The position numbers were made by a program, and so were the translations under genes. Below are positions 56,996-64,000 of a DNA stretch of 64,000 bases, in pieces; the stretch's first letter is position 1; each line of letters begins with the position of its first letter. The stretch is from positions 32,984,001-33,048,000 of the forward strand of contig OZ024750.1 of the NCBI GenBank assembly GCA_964016885.1, written 5' to 3'. The DNA is from Eledone cirrhosa (lineage: Eukaryota). Below the pieces are notes generated by a model. It was given only the letters and a program-made list of their open reading frames with translations. It searched no databases and was not told the DNA's origin.

Positions 56996-58169
56996 GGTGG
57001 CTGCCAACTCGTTTTCGAGTACGGCCACTACTTTATATCCATGTAGGAGAACCCCTACCAATGCGCTGAACGAATGTGACTTTTTAGTTCAGCCAGCGAC
57101 TTGAAAACTCTGGTACAAACACTACACTTGTGACAATTATTGACACATAGTGCTGGGCCCATGGTACCATGTGACGACAAGTGCAGAGAGATCTCCAGAT
57201 ATAAAGCAATGCTTGTGCTGTGAAGCTTTTATAGTGAGCAAAGGCACTGCACAAAGCCAGTCCCACTCTCTTAACCAAGATGATATTTACCAAAAAGAAG
57301 AACAATTCAACATCATTGGATACCATCAGGGTTGCAGGTGTTATATCAGAGTTTTCCTTCTCCTAGAATTCTGCCTTGACAAAGGCTAAGGGGTCATCTC
57401 TCCCGGTGATTTTGGATGGCTATTGACTCTTAAGAGCCCCTTTGCCTTTTGACAGGTTTTGTTTTTAGTCCTGCAGGATGTCCAAAGCCACCCTCCTCAC
57501 CAAGAAACCTTGGTGGGGTTGCCAGTTTAGTCGCCAACGACCCAACCATGAGACAGGTTGTACTGGGATACATGTTACCAGTAGCACCAACTGGTGACCT
57601 GACACACATACATACATGGTGGCCGCCAACTCGTTTTCGAGTATGGCCACTACTTTATATCCATGTAGGAGAACCCCTACAGATGGGCTGAACGAGTGTG
57701 ACTTTTTAGTCCAGCCAGCGACTTGAAAACTCTGGTACAAACACTACACTTGTGACAATTATTGACACATAGTACTGGGCCCATGGTACCATGTGACGAC
57801 AAGTGCAGAGAGATCTCCAGATTTAAAGCAATGCCTGTGCTGTGAAGCTTGTATAGTGAGCAAAGGCACTGCACAAAGCCAGTCCCACTCTCTTAACCAA
57901 GATGATATTTACCAAAAAGAAGAACAATTCAACATCATTGGATACCATCAGGGTTGCAGGTGTTATATCAGAGTTTTCCTTCTCCTAGAATTCTGCCTTG
58001 ACAAAGGCTAAGGGGTCATCTCTCCCGGTGATTTTGGATGGCTATTGACTCTTAAGAGCCCCTTTGCCTTTTGACAGGTTTTGTTTTTAGTCCTGCAGGA
58101 TGTCCAAAGCCACCCTCCTCACCAAGAAACCTTGGTGGGGTTGCCAGTTTAGTCGCCAACGACCCGACC
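56996..58169 (-). mobile_element. Tandem dimer (about 622-bp period) of an internally deleted RTE-type element
   Basis: 56996-57545 nearly identical to 57618-58165; [23 protein letters not shown]2H2 finger of the kind found at RTE ORF ends. Confidence 0.7.
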
Positions 58170-58197
58170 ATATATATATACATGTATATATATATAT

Positions 58198-58325
<128 letters not shown>

Positions 58326-58947
58326 GATGGAGTTAAAGACTCGCATTAATCCCCTTGAATTTTTTCTACTTTTCGTAGACATTATATCCTTCTCTATAGT
58401 GTTTCTCTACTCCTTCTAAATGAAAACCTTACCCCCTTTTGTGTTTTCTTCTCTATATACTGTATTATTGAGAGCCCACTGATTTACTCCTCGAGCTCAT
58501 GAAATTACTGGGGATCAGAGAGAATCTTTAACTCCGATTTTTCAATTGATTCGGCTCCTAAATTGTTCGTTAGTTGTGCTTTCCAAGTTGAATTGTTATA
58601 GGCTGCCATTTCTAGCAGCTTCTGTTCCATTCATGTCACCATATACTGTCTGGAGCGCATACTTTCGTTCTATCATCATGTGATTTATTCAGTTGTCTGA
58701 AATATCTTTAGACGTGTTGGCTATACCTTCGTTCCACCTGTTGATAAGCCCTGAGGAGATATGGTACCAACATTATGGTGAAACATTCTCTTGTTAGGGA
58801 ATGCACAGGTGTGTATAGTTATAAAGGTGGGTTTTTTTACATTTTAATTTTACCTCTTAATTATTATGTAATTTCTCCACTTTTCGTAGACCTTATATCC
58901 TTCACTACAGTGGTTCTCGATCCCTTGTGTTTCTTCTCTATATACTG

Positions 58948-59021
<74 letters not shown>

Positions 59022-59266
59022 ATATAAAATATATATATATGTGGTTATATTTGGAAAGGGTCATATTGTTTTAATATTGCCAGAAATAATAATAGAACAC
59101 ACTCACTGTTTGAGTTTGGTTGGTTTTCGCTTCTGTATATTTTATGTCCCTATAATTAATTTAGCTGCCAATCAATGTTTATGATTGATTGACCAACGGT
59201 TAAAAAAATATATATAAATATATACAAAGTGTTAAAACAATCTAATTTTAGTTTAGAACATTTATT

Positions 59267-59313
59267 TGCTGACAACTGTTTCTTCCAGGGGGGAGTCTGG
59301 AATCATCGGAGCA
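59267..59313 (-). ncRNA. Minimal HHR with CCGAUGA core
   Basis: TGCT-CCGATGA-TTCCAG(actcccc)CTGGAA-GAAA-CAGTTG-TC|AGCA. Confidence 0.78.
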
Positions 59314-59957
59314 TGGGGAATGTCAAAACATGTGACTAAAATCCTAGTCATTTAGAACATTTAGGGTGCATAATTGTTTTTAGTGTTAAAGGCATAATGT
59401 GGAGAGTCAGGAGTTTAAAAGATGTTATGCTATAGAGAACACAATTACAGGCGGCACTGGTTGAAAGTGTAAGAGTTATAAGCAAACAGTACAGACAAAA
59501 AAGTTACAAAGCGAGAAAAATTGGTGTACAATGCAGGAGTCAATACTGTCAATAAGGCATGTATGAGGAAAAAGTTATAATGCAGTTGAAATAAACATAT
59601 TTTGTGTGGGGTGTTAGAGCATGTTATAATTGTTAGAAATGTTTAAGATGGCGTGCAATTTGTTAGAGAGGCATGTGGTGATAATGTAGGTATTTGTTAT
59701 GTGAGTGTAATGCAAAACACCTGAGAGAGTTAGTTAGATCCTTTTCGTTCAAGTGTTTATGTGTTGTAGTTCATATGTATGTGTATATGTTGTTTGTAAC
59801 TCACAGCTATTAACCAGCCCAATACTCCATAAATCAAATATTTACCACACGCAATTATTTTTTAACTTATCTACTTTCCTTTTCCATTTCTGTGGATTTA
59901 TTACCCCTCGTACCTACAACTGTTATGACCTTCTTATCCCCCTTTTCTTCATAGTCT

Positions 59958-60062
59958 TGTTAACTTTGCCTTTCATCCTTATGGGGTCGATAAAATAATA
60001 TACCAGTAATGTTCTGGGATAATTGCTGGCCTTGTACCCAAAGTAGAAACAATTATTATTAT
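59958..60062 (+). mobile_element. 5'-truncated SINE
   Basis: Core and tail match; ttatcccctt on both flanks. Confidence 0.85.
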
Positions 60063-60199
60063 CCCCTTCTTCTTCTTCTTCTTCTTCTTCTCTAATGATA
60101 GTGGGGTTAAGGTCCTAGAACATTTCCTCCATTATCTTTACCAATCAAAGGAGGCAATCTGGAATATATATTTCTCTGGTATGTCTATTCTTATATCTA

Positions 60200-60335
60200 C
60201 CCTTTTTATATACTAACAATAAAGAGTCTAAGTTCCTTGTTTCTGGAGAAGATGGTGTGATCGAACCTATATATGTCTGATAGTATACAGTTCTCTTGCT
60301 GCTATAGATCAATCAATATATCGATATGATCAACC
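60200..60335 (-). pseudogene. Decayed GIY-YIG fragment (PLE)
   Basis: Minus frame LIYSSKRTVYYQTYIGS. Confidence 0.35.
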
Positions 60336-60861
60336 CCCCCCCCCGAAACGATAGTAAAACAATGAATGAAATATGTAAAATAACTTGTCTTTATTATCAT
60401 TGTTAAACTTATGTTTACCGAATTCGCAGACCAGACCCCTTCTTCCTCCCTGTGCTAAATTCCTTCCTTGCTCACATTTCAACCAGGTTTGATGGTCTTT
60501 ATTCTCTCGTTCACGATTCCACCGAATTTATATTCATAGAAATCTGGGACTTGTTTCCTTCTTCCTCTCTTTCTGCTGCTTAAACCATTTTGTTTGTTTA
60601 CCCTAGCGTCCCCTTTATTTACGTGTCCCAACGACTTTTTGTTTAGCCGTTGCTCGCACCAACCTGAGGTATATGGCCTTTAATGCGACGAAATGCCTAC
60701 GACGGTTGGATGGCCACTGATGAGGACAAACTTTTTCATATATATATATATATGTGTGTGTGTATATATATATTAACAACTCCTGAAAACCCTCTGTTGA
60801 GTGCTTCCAATCTATTGTAAAACTAATTCTTTGATTTATTCATTGAACCTTGTTTAACCTT

Positions 60862-60900
<39 letters not shown>

Positions 60901-61225
60901 AAGAATTTATATCTAGTAACATATATATACATACAAATGCATATCGATGCCAGCAAATATATAGGTTTTGTCTTAATAACATTGTGGTTCAATGCATGGG
61001 GCTGCAGAACAATAATATAAGAGACGTAAGTTAAGAAAATTATAAAATTAACTTACTTACTAAAATATCACTTCCAACTAATTAGTTTCTGGAATGGAGT
61101 AGATACATCTTCCGAAGAAGGTGTATATATATATATATGTAGAAGTTCTATTTAAATTGTTGGGATACAACAAGCAAATATTTTTATAACTGATATAAAG
61201 CACTCAACAAATTATTGGAGTAAAA

Positions 61226-61577
61226 ATACGATATATTAACAAATGGAAACTATATTTATAAAACCATATTTATTTCATTATACATATTTCAAGGACACCA
61301 AGTTAAATTATGGTGTGCTTTCATCAGATAAAATATAATATAAAGCAGTTTTATAAATAAATATTGACATACCCTTAAAGAATGCGACCATTTCTGTTGG
61401 AAGCTCCCGAAACGGTCGCCGTCTTTAAGGGTATGACAATATTTATTTATAAAACTGGTCTATATTATATTTTATCTGATGAAAGCACACCATAATTTAA
61501 CTTGGAGTCCTTGAAATATGTATAATGAAATAAATATGGTTTTATAAATATAGTTTCCATTTGTTAATATATCGTAT
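61226..61577. mobile_element. 352-bp fold-back palindrome with an HHR in each arm
   Basis: Mirror arms with a few substitutions; structured loop 61381-61420. Confidence 0.88.
61271..61335 (-). ncRNA. HHR (family A; mirror copy 61468-61532, +)
   Basis: TATTTTAT-CTGATGA-AAGC ACACCA(taatttaact)TGGTGT CCTT-GAAA-TATGTATA|ATGAAATA. Confidence 0.85.
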
Positions 61578-61597
61578 ATATATATATATAAGTGTGT

Positions 61598-61640
<43 letters not shown>

Positions 61641-61655
61641 TGTGTGTGTGTGTGT

Positions 61656-61739
<84 letters not shown>

Positions 61740-62558
61740 ATATTACAATATTAGATTGAGCTCGGCTGATCTGGCTTGGGGATCCAGCCGTTTCAATTGG
61801 AGAGCGTTGCTTCTGATAGAACCCACTAGATGGATTATTTGAGCACTCTGCCCTCCACAACCCTCGCGGAAATCAGTGGGCGAAGAAGAAGAGAGAAAAT
61901 GGTTGAAATCTAAACAATATATTGGTAGACAAATAAAGAAAGAAATAGATTATTCAATGTATTGCACCACGTTTGAAAGAAGAAGAAACATTCAGGATAA
62001 TACATTGTGAATTAAATAATGAAAACTTCAATTAATCTAAGGCTTTGGATATATCCCTTGTTAATTAGAAATGGATTAGGTTTTGAATTTCTGAAAGCAT
62101 CAGCAATACTTTTGCATGCATTAGGCAATGTCAATACACTTTTAATTACTCATTATAAGGGTATTATCGAAATTGATCGTTACAAATTGTCACAATTCAC
62201 AGAATTTTCCTCTTATTCAATACGAGGTATTCAATAATACTAAGCGTTCATTTATACACAATATACTTCTAGAAATGCGACTAGTGTAATATAGTTCGCG
62301 CTCCCAAGCGATTAGTAACAACTTTAGTACTTAACGATTGCAGCCAAAACTTTTAAGACTAAGTAAATGAAAGAATTAATTATCGTTACCATTTAATTGA
62401 AAATTATTTGAAAATGTAGGATAAGTTGATAAAGGAAAACAATTACGATCGATACCTATAGAATCATCCAGAATCCCGGATATATAGAGTACAGAAACTG
62501 ATCCCTGTTGTAAATATATCTATACCTTATTCTACTTCTCTTTATATTCCTCTGCAGT

Positions 62559-62609
<51 letters not shown>

Positions 62610-62614
<5 letters not shown>

Positions 62615-62812
62615 AGTAAGACCCCGACGGCTGAGCTCAAGCCGTTTCGACGGCTAATTATGAGAATAATACTAATAATGAGAATTAGCCGTCGAAACGG
62701 CTTGAGCTCAGCCGTCGGGGTATTACTGGTTTCTATTACCCACTCTACTACCCCAAGTATTGAGTACTTTGGTGCGTTATGGTCCACCTGGTTCCTTACC
62801 ACATTTCTTTCG
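62610..62812. mobile_element. (TA)n-flanked cassette with hairpin 62610-62732 (half-HHR family)
   Basis: About 50-bp arms carrying GAAACGGCTTGAGCTCAGCCGTC; tail homologous to 34690-34760. Confidence 0.8.
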
Positions 62813-62813
62813 T

Positions 62814-63373
<560 letters not shown>

Positions 63374-63430
63374 TAATAATAATAATTACGGAACAAAGAA
63401 TCAGTATTGCATCATATACATATGTAATCA

Positions 63431-63519
63431 CATATTACATATGTTTCACTGTCGATCAGCTCGAGGAACAATCGATTATGTTCTTTCCTGACTCTGGAAT
63501 CAAAAACTCCTCAGACCTC
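63431..63519 (-). ncRNA. Decayed HHR-like motif
   Basis: CTGAGGA-GTTTTTGATT...GATCGACAGT-GAAA-CATATG-TA; helix I poor. Confidence 0.45.
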
Positions 63520-63576
63520 AGATACGCGCTTTCGCTTGTAGTCTCACGTCCAAATGCTGCTGAATTATTAGACACC

Positions 63577-63642
<66 letters not shown>

Positions 63643-63690
63643 ATGAAATGACAGGAGGCTGGATTTGTGTAAATCCTTGAAAGGTTTATT

Positions 63691-63748
63691 ATACTATGAT
63701 CATTTCAATGACCGGGTTCCGTATGAATCCGGTGATATCATCAGGTAT
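63691..63748 (-). ncRNA. HHR
   Basis: ATAC-CTGATGA-TATC ACCGGATTC(atacg)GAACCCGGT CATT-GAAA-TGATCA-TA|GTAT. Confidence 0.75.
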
Positions 63749-64000
63749 TCGAAATATAATACGTGAATGTAATAGATAAAATCCATGGGGCTGAAAATCG
63801 AGGACCCGAGGGCGACCGCTCTTCTGTTCCTTCAACCTCAGCCGGTCGCCCTGGAGTGACGTGGCTAAAGTTTATAGTATGCTACTACCGGTCAGATAAA
63901 CGAAAACAGAAAGGGATGGGAACATAAGTTCACGTCGATCTCATGACACCAGGTAAAAGAAAGAAAGAAAGGAAGGAGAGACCATACGGAATAGACCAGC

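Noticed and set aside
57480-57603. HDV-like ribozyme in the RTE leader
   Set aside because: P2- and P3-like pairings are visible, but no P1 could be formed by eye
58745-58795. CTGAGGA..GAAACA
   Set aside because: Poor helix II and no helix I or III
60713-60735. GGCCACTGATGAGG half core
   Set aside because: Truncated by a TA tract; no GAAA half

Overview
AT-rich, repeat-saturated eukaryotic non-coding DNA (intron or intergenic). The SINE and microsatellite make-up looks like an octopod/cephalopod genome, which is an inference. No intact protein-coding gene is visible, and almost all supplied ORFs are translations of microsatellites. The window holds about 20 copies of a tRNA-derived SINE, three non-autonomous Helitrons (two head-to-tail), hAT and mariner MITEs, RTE/CR1/L1-like LINE ends, 31-bp and 54-bp tandem arrays and very long (TA)n tracts. 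The most striking signal is about 20 type-I minimal hammerhead ribozyme (HHR) motifs. Most sit in short cassettes flanked by (TA)n, many of which are near-perfect 100-1000 bp fold-back palindromes with an HHR in each arm. Fragments of Penelope-like (PLE) reverse transcriptase and GIY-YIG endonuclease lie beside some of them, which suggests a family of non-autonomous, ribozyme-bearing PLE/retrozyme-like hairpin elements that target (TA)n. All structures were paired by eye and none were computed.
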